64,000 nt of DNA from Oligoflexia bacterium (GTDB taxonomy: Bacteria > Bdellovibrionota_C > UBA2361 > JAFLCA01), in assembly GCA_019694465.1 (NCBI GenBank), contig JAIBBV010000005.1, positions 13,767 to 77,766 of the forward strand. Reading direction: 5' to 3'. Below the pieces are notes generated by a model. The model searched no databases. It had not been told where the DNA came from and saw only the letters and a list, made by a program, of their open reading frames with translations. Position numbers and translations under genes: made by a program. Shown in pieces: positions 48,783 through 58,574 of the stretch; the stretch's first letter is position 1; each line of letters opens with the position of its first letter.

Positions 48783-49004
48783 CTACTTTGCAGCAGACTT
48801 GGCTGACTTAGAATACTTCTTCATGAAGCGATCAACGCGTCCTTCGACGTCGATAATCTTTTGCTTGCCAGTATAGAAAGGATGACAAGCAGAGCAGATC
48901 GCAATTCTCAATTCTGGCCGAGTTGAGCCAGTGCTAAATGTGCTACCGCAACCAGCGCAGAAAACTTTTGCGTCATGGTAAGGAGGATGAATACCGTCTT
49001 TCAT
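48783..49004 (-). CDS. rpmE: 50S ribosomal protein L31 (Zn-binding type)
   Basis: [38 protein letters not shown]. Start moved to 49004. Confidence 0.96.
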   Translation of the reverse strand: MKDGIHPPYHDAKVFCAGCGSTFSTGSTRPELRIAICSACHPFYTGKQKIIDVEGRVDRFMKKYSKSAKSAAK

Positions 49005-49206
49005 ACTTTGCCTCAAACGAAATCGAGGCCGTAACATACAGAAAAGACTAGAGACTGTCAAACAAGCAACTTAGCAAGAACGAACAGTTTCTTTAGCACA
49101 CGGAAAACGACTCAACTTCCTAGATCTCTGAAGCTATTGGATATTTTACCTATTAAGCAGGCTCACAGTGTGCTTAATTAGCGAAAGCTTAATATGACTT
49201 CTACCA

Positions 49207-50499
49207 ATGAGCCTTAAGCATATGAACGTAAATTACCTCAGCAGAATCCGCCGCGTCATTTCCAAGCTAAAAACGCTGCCGCACTCTAGCGTAATGGTGT
49301 TGAGCTCTGCCCCTCAGACTATTCGCAGTCGAGACACCTACTATCACTACCGAGCGAACAGCGATTTTTACTATCTTACTGGCAGCGAAATACAGGACTG
49401 CTCCTTGTTGCTTAGCTCTGAGCACAAGCGCCCTATTCTGATCGCTCCGCCGCACAGCCCGATCAAGCAACTGTGGGAAGGAAAACAACCAAGCCCAAAA
49501 GAGCTGGCCGCAAATTTGGGGGCAGAGCTGATTGTAGCCAAGGACATGCAAACTGAGTTGCGGGTTAAGGTCAAGAACCATGAACATTTGATCTATCAAA
49601 ACACAGCAGGCACACAAGCCCGGCGCCTGGCACAGTATCTATTTGAGCTACCCTCGCATGAACGCGGAGCGCTCCCCTTGCACTTCTCTCATAGCGACAG
49701 CGTGCTGGAACCACTGCGACTAATTAAAGAACCTGCTGAAGTTGCCTTGATTCGACGGGCCAATGCGATTACCAATCAAGCCTTAGGCTTCGTTGCTGAG
49801 CAAGTTGCTGCGGGCATGTACGAGTATGAAGTAGCGAGAACCATTGAGTATGTGTTCGGCATGAACGGAGCGACCTGTGGATTCGGTACAATAGTAGCAA
49901 GTGGCCCGTCGGCCGCGACGTTGCACTATGAGAGCATGAGACGCAAGCTTAAAAAGGATGAGTTGCTCCTAATTGACTGCGGTGCTGAATATGAAATGTA
50001 CAGCGGAGACATAACAAGAGTTATCCCAGTCAGCGGACTATGGAGCCCAATTCAGCGCGACTTATATAGCTGTGTTCTTGCTGCGCAGAAGGCCGCACTT
50101 CGAGAGGTCCGTCATGGAGTAAAGATTCTCAAAGTATATAACGCTGCGGCTAGAGTCCTGACTGAGGGACTAAAGGGTCTAAAGGTACTGCGGGGCAAAA
50201 CCTCAGATCTACTTAGCAAGAAGGCTTTCCGGCCCTATTTTCCGCATGGCATAGGCCATTCGCTTGGCTTGGATGTACATGACCTTAGTCACCACAGAGG
50301 AAATAACGAGGCAACATTGACCGAGGGGATGGTATTCACCATAGAGCCAGGTTTGTACTTCTCTAAGGCAGTTGGAAGAGTGCCAGCTTGCGGTATACGC
50401 ATAGAAGATAACGTGCTTGTCACCAAACGTGGCTGTGAAATACTCAGCCCTGGCTTCCCTAAGGAAATATCAGACATTTCTAGCTTAATGCAGGCTTAG
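49207..50499 (+). CDS. pepP: Xaa-Pro aminopeptidase (M24B)
   Basis: DFYYLTG, LIDCGAEY..YSGDITR, HGIGHSLGLDVHD, TIEPGLY, GIRIEDNV. Confidence 0.94.
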   Translation: MSLKHMNVNYLSRIRRVISKLKTLPHSSVMVLSSAPQTIRSRDTYYHYRANSDFYYLTGSEIQDCSLLLSSEHKRPILIAPPHSPIKQLWEGKQPSPKELAANLGAELIVAKDMQTELRVKVKNHEHLIYQNTAGTQARRLAQYLFELPSHERGALPLHFSHSDSVLEPLRLIKEPAEVALIRRANAITNQALGFVAEQVAAGMYEYEVARTIEYVFGMNGATCGFGTIVASGPSAATLHYESMRRKLKKDELLLIDCGAEYEMYSGDITRVIPVSGLWSPIQRDLYSCVLAAQKAALREVRHGVKILKVYNAAARVLTEGLKGLKVLRGKTSDLLSKKAFRPYFPHGIGHSLGLDVHDLSHHRGNNEATLTEGMVFTIEPGLYFSKAVGRVPACGIRIEDNVLVTKRGCEILSPGFPKEISDISSLMQA

Positions 50500-50543
50500 C
50501 CGCTGGGAACAGGCCTGTTCGTGATAACTTCTGCCTATGCAGG

Positions 50544-52223
50544 CTAGAGCGATGCCGTGCGATTATCAACTGGCGCAGCTAAGCCTGCCAGCATGCGGCG
50601 TCTCAACTCATCAAAGCCATCCCGCGTGCGCGCTGATATGGCGACAGCCCCAAGGCGCTCAGCTAGCGACTGCCATTCGCTAGCCGGCACTGCATCGATT
50701 TTATTTAGAACTACGATCAGATTGCGATCTCCCAAATTCATCTCTTGAAGAGTCGCATCAACTGATGACTTCTTGGTCAGTACATCTGGATCTGAGGCAT
50801 CCAAAACATGCACAAGCACACTGGCCTCATAGAGCTCCTCAAGCGTGGCGCGGAAAGCGCTACGCAGTTCCTGAGGTAAGTCTCGAATAAATCCCACCGT
50901 GTCACTCAATATAGCTGGGACCATATCTGGCGCACGGTCGCTATAGCAGCGTTGCAGCATTATGCGGCGTTGCGCCGGATCAAGCGTTGCGAAGAGCTTA
51001 TCTTCAGCTAACACGTTGCTTTGCGTGAGCGCATTGAACAAAGTACTTTTCCCGACGTTAGTGTAGCCAAGTATTGAAATCTGTGGAATTCCCTGGGCCT
51101 GTCGCTTTTGGCGCCTAAGTCCGCGCTGACCACTAAGTGCATCGATTCGCTTTTCCAAATCAACGATTCGATCGCGAATGCGTCTGCGGCCAATCTCTAA
51201 CTTTGTCTCGCCCGGCCCACGGCCACCAATACCACCGGTTAATCGTGATAGCCCTGTATCTTTCTCAACCAAGCGCGGGAGATTATATTTTAGTTGCGCC
51301 AGTTCTACCTGCAATCTTCCCTCACTACTACTAGCGCGCTGCGCGAATATATCCAAAATTAACATACTGCGGTCTATAACTTTGAGCTCGGTAAGATTAG
51401 TAATAACTCTCCACTGTCCGGGTTTTAGCTCAGCATCAAAAATTAGGAGATCCGCGCCCAGCGCGAGGCAACGCAGAACAACCTGCTCAAGCTTCCCCTT
51501 TCCTAGCAAAGTGCGCGGGTCAGGAGTTCTGCGCTGGATAATTGTTTCAACCACGCTAACTCCAGCTGTGCGTGCTAGCTCTTTAAGTTCAGTCATTGAA
51601 CTCTGCGCGTCGCGCGTATTGCGATCGTATACTCCGATTAGAACCGCGCTGGTGCCATCCACCTTGACGCTGGATTCCTGCGCAGCCTGCAGTTCATCCT
51701 CCAGCTCGGACATAAAAGTGGAATAGTCTAGATCTAGTCTACCCAGATCTTGCACAACTTCAGTTCGTGTCATTGGCGCCACATCGAGACCTGGAGGCAC
51801 AATGTAAGCGTAGGCTATTTGTGTGGCATTGCCGAGTACCCGCACAGCGACTACTGAATCCAACCTCAATTTCTGAAGATCCGTATATATATCGGCTGGA
51901 ATATGCGGCTCGTCATAGGCCGTAGATAAATCGCTAAAAATGAGTCGCAAACGTCGCAAGCGCCCGCGCCCGTAGCGGTATCGACCAAGGTCTGGAAGGT
52001 AAAGAATCTCTCGTGAGCCGACGAAGACTTCTTCAACTCGCCCTTCACGAGACACCAATACTCCTATTCGGCGCTTGATGGCCTGAGCAACTTTAAAAAC
52101 CTCGCGCGCTACGTCCAGAGGCACAATTTCCTCAGCTCCGAAACGGCGCACAAATAGCTTTTCTACGCTGCGCAGCTGCGATGGTGCCAGACCCTTAGTA
52201 TTGCCCCTAACAACCTGAGACAT
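50544..52223 (-). CDS. hflX: GTPase HflX (long form)
   Basis: LILDIFAQRA, GGIGGRGPGETKLE, GYTNVGKST, LFATLDP, DTVGFI, NKID; N-terminal extension of about 190 aa. Confidence 0.96.
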   Translation of the reverse strand: MSQVVRGNTKGLAPSQLRSVEKLFVRRFGAEEIVPLDVAREVFKVAQAIKRRIGVLVSREGRVEEVFVGSREILYLPDLGRYRYGRGRLRRLRLIFSDLSTAYDEPHIPADIYTDLQKLRLDSVVAVRVLGNATQIAYAYIVPPGLDVAPMTRTEVVQDLGRLDLDYSTFMSELEDELQAAQESSVKVDGTSAVLIGVYDRNTRDAQSSMTELKELARTAGVSVVETIIQRRTPDPRTLLGKGKLEQVVLRCLALGADLLIFDAELKPGQWRVITNLTELKVIDRSMLILDIFAQRASSSEGRLQVELAQLKYNLPRLVEKDTGLSRLTGGIGGRGPGETKLEIGRRRIRDRIVDLEKRIDALSGQRGLRRQKRQAQGIPQISILGYTNVGKSTLFNALTQSNVLAEDKLFATLDPAQRRIMLQRCYSDRAPDMVPAILSDTVGFIRDLPQELRSAFRATLEELYEASVLVHVLDASDPDVLTKKSSVDATLQEMNLGDRNLIVVLNKIDAVPASEWQSLAERLGAVAISARTRDGFDELRRRMLAGLAAPVDNRTASL

Positions 52224-52405
52224 AGACCTCTTGAACGATCATTCTAATATTAGCAATAAAAACACTCGCCAACTACCTGAACCTCTTCAACGTGTTAGCG
52301 CATTGCGCTGCTCTGCTGCAGACAGTGACGCACTGCCCAGCTTTCTTTGATTTCCAGAGGCATTTACTATATCACGCGCAGGGTAAATTAACAGGAGACT
52401 GGCAA

Positions 52406-53386
52406 ATGGGGTTACGTATAAAGGCTTTGAATGTCGATAACGCTCTGGAAGTACGAGCGTTGATTGGCTTATTTGATAGGGCTGCTGCATGCGGCACTAA
52501 TGCATACCCTGCTGTATTGAATGAGGAGTTCTGGCAAACGCGCGTCCCACGTCAGTTAACTAGCATTGTTGCGCTTGAAAAGAATGTGGTACGGGCGCAT
52601 CTAGCGCTTAGCGTAGAAGAGTTGGATGGGCATGTGCTTTTTGCTGTCAGTGACCCGCAAGTCGAGAATGGTGCGGACCTGTTGGCGCAGATGTGGCAAG
52701 TTCTAAGAAACAGCCCACGCATGACTAACCTGCGTAGCCTTACAATCACCATTCCTCAAGGCAGCCCAGCAGTTGAGGAATTTGCAAAGCTGACATTAGG
52801 AGCACGCCTATCCTGTCTGTTACCCTCTCACACGCCAGGGGCGGCTGACAGCGGTGCAACTATTCTGGGAACCTGCAGTCAACATGAAAGACTACCGGAC
52901 ACGCTTAAGCTTAGAATTCCAACGCGCTATAGACCATTTGCAACGCAACTTTTTGCTGAATTTGGAATTTTAGCGACTTTCCTTGATATAGCCGGGGCAC
53001 CACGTGCAGTGTCGGCAGATGCCCAGAGTGTGGTGCGTTATGCCTATCGAGATATTGGCGCCGAACATCTTTTCATTGAGCCTTCCCTGCTTAACGGTTG
53101 GCGCGAGCTCAAATTAGATCCTGATTTGCGCAGCTATCTCTTTATAGATGCACGCGACCCAAAATGCGCAGACATGTGTGATGCGGCAGAAGAGCATGGC
53201 TATGTATTTTCAGGCTTCTTACCACTTGTGTTTGGAAGAACCTCTATAGTTTTTAGCCCCGCGCCGCTCGTGCCAGTATCGGCGATTGCCTTTGATGACG
53301 ATCGAATTCAGGAGTTAGCTGAGAACATGTCTGGAGAACAACTGCGTCCGGCACGTCAGGCTGTTGCTAACGCTGGTCGAAGGTAG
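52406..53386 (+). CDS. Hypothetical protein, divergent GNAT-fold-like
   Basis: AGGAG SD before ATG 52406; YPAVLNEEF...TSIVALEKNVVRAHLAL and C-terminal LFIDARDP...AEEHGYVFSGFLP resemble tandem GNAT-like proteins (from memory). Confidence 0.55.
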   Translation: MGLRIKALNVDNALEVRALIGLFDRAAACGTNAYPAVLNEEFWQTRVPRQLTSIVALEKNVVRAHLALSVEELDGHVLFAVSDPQVENGADLLAQMWQVLRNSPRMTNLRSLTITIPQGSPAVEEFAKLTLGARLSCLLPSHTPGAADSGATILGTCSQHERLPDTLKLRIPTRYRPFATQLFAEFGILATFLDIAGAPRAVSADAQSVVRYAYRDIGAEHLFIEPSLLNGWRELKLDPDLRSYLFIDARDPKCADMCDAAEEHGYVFSGFLPLVFGRTSIVFSPAPLVPVSAIAFDDDRIQELAENMSGEQLRPARQAVANAGRR

Positions 53387-53746
53387 TACTCGCGATCACC
53401 AGAACTACTGCCCCAGTAAACAACCTAAAGTGGCTGCACTTAGAGTTTAAGCCCGCAACACAATTGCTCTACTTAAACTTATCTGGCTGGTATTGCGAGT
53501 GAAGCGACGTAATTCGCTTCAGTTGGTTGTGTGCTCTTAAATACCTGTGAGAGTTTGCCCTTGCCCGAGGTTAATTTCGCGTGCACTCTTGGGTCAGTTG
53601 ATATGCCATTGAGGAGCACCCAGCTATTTTAATTCTATGCCGATTGCCCAAATGAAATAAAAGGCACGCGAACTAGGCTAAGAGGCCACGAGAGATGAGA
53701 GAGGAACGAGGTAGTCTTCCAGGAGTAGTCATAGCTTTGGGGCTAC

Positions 53747-55468
53747 ATGTCTAATAGCGCCAAGACCATCTTAGGTTTTTTGTTGTTGCTGACACTGGTT
53801 GGGTTTTCCTACCGCGACCACTTCGCAAATGGTTTTTATTTTGACGATACACATACTATCCAAAACAACCTAGCCATCCGTTCACTAGACAATGTAGCCA
53901 GTTTTTTCACCGATCCGCGCACATCTAGCGCGCTTCCACCCAATCAAAGCTTTCGGCCCTTAGTGACACTTTCACTAGCACTCGACTACGCAGCGACCGG
54001 TGGGCTGAATCCACAAGCGTTTCACGCTTCAACTTTCATAGTTTACCTGCTACTTCTCGCATTTTTTTACCTACTAGCTCGTAGAATAATTGAGCACAGC
54101 GCAAGCGAATTACCATCCCATGAGATAGCTCTAGCAGCCTCAGCGTTATACGGACTACACACAGCCAACGCTGAGACGATTAACTATATCATCGCACGCT
54201 CGGATGTTTTATCTACATTTTTTGTCGTGATTGCTGTTTATGCCTTCACAAGTCCTAGCCTTAGACGCTGGCAAATTTATCTAATTCCAGCTGTACTGGG
54301 CATGCTAAGCAAGGAGGCGGCGCTAGTTTGTGGGGGACTGCTAGCAGCCTATACATACTTGATCGAGCCTCCGTTCTCGTCGGCTTTAATTGACACTCGT
54401 GGGATCCTGCGCGCTTCACTCAGAGCCATGCCAGCACTGCTTTGTGCCGTAGTGATCTTCTCTATCAATAAGCACCTAGCCACATCTTGGGTTCCAGGAG
54501 GAAATTCCAGCTTGCTGTATTTGGCCACGCAGCCCTGGGTCATCTGCCACTATCTGCTTAGCTTTTTCGCACCACTGTGGCTTAACGCTGATACTGATTG
54601 GACGGTGGTCAGCTATGTGATGAACTGGCGCACCCTACTAGGCTCAGTTGTGCTGATTACATTAATTCTTGCAGGGCTAAAGTGCCGCCTATCCCCAAAA
54701 TGGCGCCCAGTCGGCTTTGGGTTGGCTTGGTTCTTGATTGCCCTAGTGCCTAGCTCCAGCGTTGTTCCACTTTCGGAGGTTTTGAACGACCATCGCACAT
54801 TTTTCCCCTACCTCGGCCTGTCACTCGCCATATGCTGTGCGTGCGTGAACTTAGCCACACCAATCAAGTTACGGAACAAACCTTTTATCGTACTGGCGCT
54901 GGCCGGTATTTTTTTGGGACACAGCTTAGGAGTTCAAGCACGGACTAAAGTTTGGTCATCCGACTACTCACTGTGGCTAGATGTCACACAAAAAAGCCCC
55001 AACAACGGACGCGGGCTAATGAACTTTGGACTAACCCTGATGTCACAGGGGGATCTCGTTGGGGCAAAGAAATATTTCGAACGCACCGCACAGTTACTGC
55101 CTAATTACCCTTACGTATATATCAACTTAGCAGTGCTTAATGGAAACTCCGGTAACGATCGTGAAGCTGAGTCGCAATTCCTGCATGCTAAAGCTTTGGC
55201 ACCTGGCCTACCCGAGGCCTATTTTTACTATGCGCGCTTTCTTTTTTTGCGTTCTAGATTGCAGGAGTCAGAGACACTTCTGCGCCAATGCATAGATCTT
55301 AGCCCTTCCTATCTCTACCCGCGACAGCTTCTATTGGCGCTCTTAGAGAAACAATCGCGCTGGGAAGAATTAAAGCGATCGGCACAGGAAATTCTACTTT
55401 TGGATTCGCAGGACAGCACTGCCCTGTGGTATCTTAAGCTGGCTACCCAGCGCACAGCATCCAGTTAA
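53747..55468 (+). CDS. TMTC-like GT-C membrane glycosyltransferase with C-terminal TPRs
   Basis: FYFDDTHTIQNN, FRPLVTLSLALD, HTANAETINYIIARSDVL, SKEAA, about 11 TM segments, NDHRTFFP, then TPR repeats. Confidence 0.82.
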   Translation: MSNSAKTILGFLLLLTLVGFSYRDHFANGFYFDDTHTIQNNLAIRSLDNVASFFTDPRTSSALPPNQSFRPLVTLSLALDYAATGGLNPQAFHASTFIVYLLLLAFFYLLARRIIEHSASELPSHEIALAASALYGLHTANAETINYIIARSDVLSTFFVVIAVYAFTSPSLRRWQIYLIPAVLGMLSKEAALVCGGLLAAYTYLIEPPFSSALIDTRGILRASLRAMPALLCAVVIFSINKHLATSWVPGGNSSLLYLATQPWVICHYLLSFFAPLWLNADTDWTVVSYVMNWRTLLGSVVLITLILAGLKCRLSPKWRPVGFGLAWFLIALVPSSSVVPLSEVLNDHRTFFPYLGLSLAICCACVNLATPIKLRNKPFIVLALAGIFLGHSLGVQARTKVWSSDYSLWLDVTQKSPNNGRGLMNFGLTLMSQGDLVGAKKYFERTAQLLPNYPYVYINLAVLNGNSGNDREAESQFLHAKALAPGLPEAYFYYARFLFLRSRLQESETLLRQCIDLSPSYLYPRQLLLALLEKQSRWEELKRSAQEILLLDSQDSTALWYLKLATQRTASS

Positions 55469-55492
55469 TCTCGGCGCAACAGTGACCGGGCT

Positions 55493-56884
55493 CTATAACT
55501 TATGCGCGACCTCTGCCGCATCTACGATATTCTTGGCAATTTCGGGGTTTGATCCAAAATGCAAGAAGGAGAATGTGTTAACAACCTGCGGCTCCGGACT
55601 ATACCCCTCATGCACTCCCGCGCTGGTAGAGCCAGAAAATCGCAAGGCCCGCACCATACGTTCCTCAGAACCGAGCTTCCATTCATGCGTATTAATGCCT
55701 TTTACGATTAGACCAGCACGCCCTAAGATCGACTCTTCCACGGTGACGGCATCTGCGTAGGCCCATGGACTTCGACTTGCAGTGGCAGGACTAGGGATAA
55801 CTCCAACACCTTCATAGGTGTCACCAGCTTGTGTCCTAAATGTTCGGGCGACGTAGGCACTACCAGCCCCCTCCGTGTAGAGAACTCCGCCAGCGGCCAC
55901 AAAGTCACTGATCGAATTCTTCATGGAACTATTTTGGGCCAAGGCCGAGCCATATTCTTCCAAGTAACAGCCTCCGATATAAACAGCTCCCACTTTCTGC
56001 GGCAGTCGATCATCGGCCAACGGAGAAAACGGCACCACTTCAGCCCCATAGTAACGCAGCCAATCGAGGTTGTCCTGGAACATTAGGCCAAAGCAACTAT
56101 CATCGGCGACCGCAATCCTGGTGCGACGCCCCTGTGGTCGATGTTCATAGTCGGTAATGCGAATACCTAAGGCTTGGCGTCCACGGTCGATTAAGCTCTC
56201 AACATCGACATGCTGCTGCACCAGGCCTCCCAGCTCAATGAGGAACTGACGCCCTAATGAAGAGCGGCTCTCTGCTTGCAGTGCATAAATCTCGGGTAGA
56301 GCCGTTACTGTCGTAAGCGGTGGAACCGCGCCCAAGATTGCCGGAAGCGCTGCAGCTTGAAAGGCAGCTTCGAAAAACTCCCGACTGGCTGTACCATCCA
56401 ATCCCTCGCTAAACCTAGATAATAGAACTGAGCTGACCTCAAAGTCGCTTGCAAAGTCACGGTATCCACGCACTAGGGCGGCTAAGCTAGCTCCAAAGCC
56501 CTTGGGGTCGACCACCAATACTACCGGAGTATGGATATTAGCAGCCAATTCTGCAGCGGAGCCGCGCTGCGAGCTTGCAGTGTATCCGTCGTATAGTCCA
56601 CCTGCACTACCGTCGATAAGGATAAAATCGGCACCGACACTGCTTTGATAGGCGGTAATCAGTGTCTGGCCCGGGGCTAGAAGACGATCATCGAAACAGC
56701 GCGCCGTTCTTCCTACGAGCCGCTTATAAATCAGCGCCTGCCCCAAATTTGGCCCGACAACCGCACATGAGACACCTAGCCCGCGTCGCCTTAGCTCAGC
56801 GGCCAAACCTATGCCCAATAAGCTGGCCCCAACCCCACGATGGGTACCTGAAACTATTAAACGAGCTGCGGTCAAATTTTCCAT
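55493..56884 (-). CDS. Cobyrinate a,c-diamide synthase (CbiA/CobB)-like protein with degenerate catalytic motifs
   Basis: Full-length CbiA layout (GLAAELRRRGL, VGP, GLYDG, GSAAELA, PVVLVVD, RIAVADD, FQDNLDWL, FSPLADDRLP, LHF), but Walker A GKT is GAS and the glutaminase ECGG is EGAG. Confidence 0.8.
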   Translation of the reverse strand: MENLTAARLIVSGTHRGVGASLLGIGLAAELRRRGLGVSCAVVGPNLGQALIYKRLVGRTARCFDDRLLAPGQTLITAYQSSVGADFILIDGSAGGLYDGYTASSQRGSAAELAANIHTPVVLVVDPKGFGASLAALVRGYRDFASDFEVSSVLLSRFSEGLDGTASREFFEAAFQAAALPAILGAVPPLTTVTALPEIYALQAESRSSLGRQFLIELGGLVQQHVDVESLIDRGRQALGIRITDYEHRPQGRRTRIAVADDSCFGLMFQDNLDWLRYYGAEVVPFSPLADDRLPQKVGAVYIGGCYLEEYGSALAQNSSMKNSISDFVAAGGVLYTEGAGSAYVARTFRTQAGDTYEGVGVIPSPATASRSPWAYADAVTVEESILGRAGLIVKGINTHEWKLGSEERMVRALRFSGSTSAGVHEGYSPEPQVVNTFSFLHFGSNPEIAKNIVDAAEVAHKL

Positions 56885-57117
56885 GCTCGCACTGATAGCA
56901 CGCCCAAGTGCTCGGCGCTAGTTATAGCAATCCCCACCAGAACTATTAGAATCTACCTACTTAGCTCGGTCTTCCATCTGCGTCCTCGCAGCTAGAGGGA
57001 AAGTAACGCGCTAGGAAAATATTTCGATTAAGTTAGCCTTATATAACTTAGCAAGGCGCGCCCAGCACTCGCTAAATGAAAGAATACGCTTCTTTTTTTA
57101 TGCACTCTTAGTAGGTA

Positions 57118-58284
57118 TTACTTGCGTCGAAGCACTAGTACGCGGTTGCGTTGGCGCAATTTTTTCGGGTCACGCTCGCCCAGACACTCCTTAAGCTGGG
57201 CGCTCTTCTCCTGCGCGACGAATGAACCCTCAGCCTCCCAGAACTGCCTCAAATTTTCTTCAACGTAATCTTTCAGCAGCTGATCCAGATCAACATCCTG
57301 CGCACCAACCTTAACTGAACGCAAAATTAATGCTACCCGTCCCCCTCGCGCAACAACACGCGCCCACTCACACAAAGCCTCGTTCATGAAATCCAGCCAT
57401 GACTCGACTGTAGCGTGCGCCGGACCACGCGCGGGAACGACTCCTTGAATCCCGGAGAACCACATTCTCAGCCACAGGTCCTCAACGTGATTTGGCTCAG
57501 CGGGCAACGGGGGAGCGGTCAGAACGAGCCCTACCCCGGGACGTCCAATATATGACAGGTTACGAGAATCGCTAACCGCAAAACGGCCGCGCTCGACGTT
57601 ACTGCGCATAACTGACGGAAGGCCGTCTCTCAGAACAGATGCGGTACGCCGCAATATGCGTGGAACAATAGCGCGGTAATCAGGCACTTGATTGCGCTTA
57701 CGATTCAGCTCCTTCTGCAGCTCAGGTCGCAACGAAATTTGAGGAAAACTATACGCAGAAAAGAATCCAGCACTAGGACCATGCAAAAGTCCTGAAGCTG
57801 TTAATTCAATGAAGCGCGTAACTGGCGAAGGCTGGGTGTGCAAAAACTCCCGCAGGTTAACCAACTCACGAAAGGTGTTGATATCATAGAATGGACTGAA
57901 GAAATTTGAAAAAACTTTTATATCAATTGGCTTACGCACATTAAGTGACTGCAGAGTCAGTGTTACTTCCGTCAAATCTGATGGAGCACACTTGGCCTCG
58001 GCTACACGAACGAAGTAAGGGTTAGTATCACTCGCGTAGGGCACGCGACCGCGCAAAGCAGCCTCTAGTGGAGTGGCACCAGCCCCACAGAAAGGATCAA
58101 GCACAACTTCTCCCTTCTTAGAAAACCGCTCGATGCAGTATTGAGCAATCTTGGCCGGGCAACCTTCCATCAGGGCGATCGAATAGTGTAGCGAATGATC
58201 ATCGCCCTCGGACAATTCCGAATCAGTTAATTCGCGCCGGTAAAACGGCACAGTCTCAACTAGTTGAAGAGCGCTTCGACTCAC
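57118..58284 (-). CDS. Orphan N4/N6 DNA-methylase-like protein with degenerate motif IV
   Basis: Motif I VLDPFCGAGATPLEA, SDTNP; motif IV position reads LVLTAPPL rather than TSPPY/F; WLRMWFSG; RVVARGG. Confidence 0.72.
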   Translation of the reverse strand: MSRSALQLVETVPFYRRELTDSELSEGDDHSLHYSIALMEGCPAKIAQYCIERFSKKGEVVLDPFCGAGATPLEAALRGRVPYASDTNPYFVRVAEAKCAPSDLTEVTLTLQSLNVRKPIDIKVFSNFFSPFYDINTFRELVNLREFLHTQPSPVTRFIELTASGLLHGPSAGFFSAYSFPQISLRPELQKELNRKRNQVPDYRAIVPRILRRTASVLRDGLPSVMRSNVERGRFAVSDSRNLSYIGRPGVGLVLTAPPLPAEPNHVEDLWLRMWFSGIQGVVPARGPAHATVESWLDFMNEALCEWARVVARGGRVALILRSVKVGAQDVDLDQLLKDYVEENLRQFWEAEGSFVAQEKSAQLKECLGERDPKKLRQRNRVLVLRRK

Positions 58285-58574
58285 GACAATTCCAAGAAAA
58301 CAATCTAATTGCTATAAATATAGGGTCAGGATCGCGTTCACGCTATCCATTATCTGACAGGGCGGCAAATTTTTCGCCAAAACAGCGATCGACTAACACA
58401 AACAAGCGACATAACCCCGCGCCGCACAAGGAAATACTGGCAGTTAAATGCCCGCACTCCGGACTTGAAAAGCTATTTCAAAATGAGCACTCGGCTAGTG
58501 AACTATCCGTTCGCGTGTTAATGCGCAGGCCATTTACAGCTAATTAAGATGACTACACCCAAAGCGTTCAAAGC

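Noticed and set aside
53387-53746. Possible ncRNA or small ORF in the 360-bp gap
   Set aside because: Only short frames and no recognisable structure or family.
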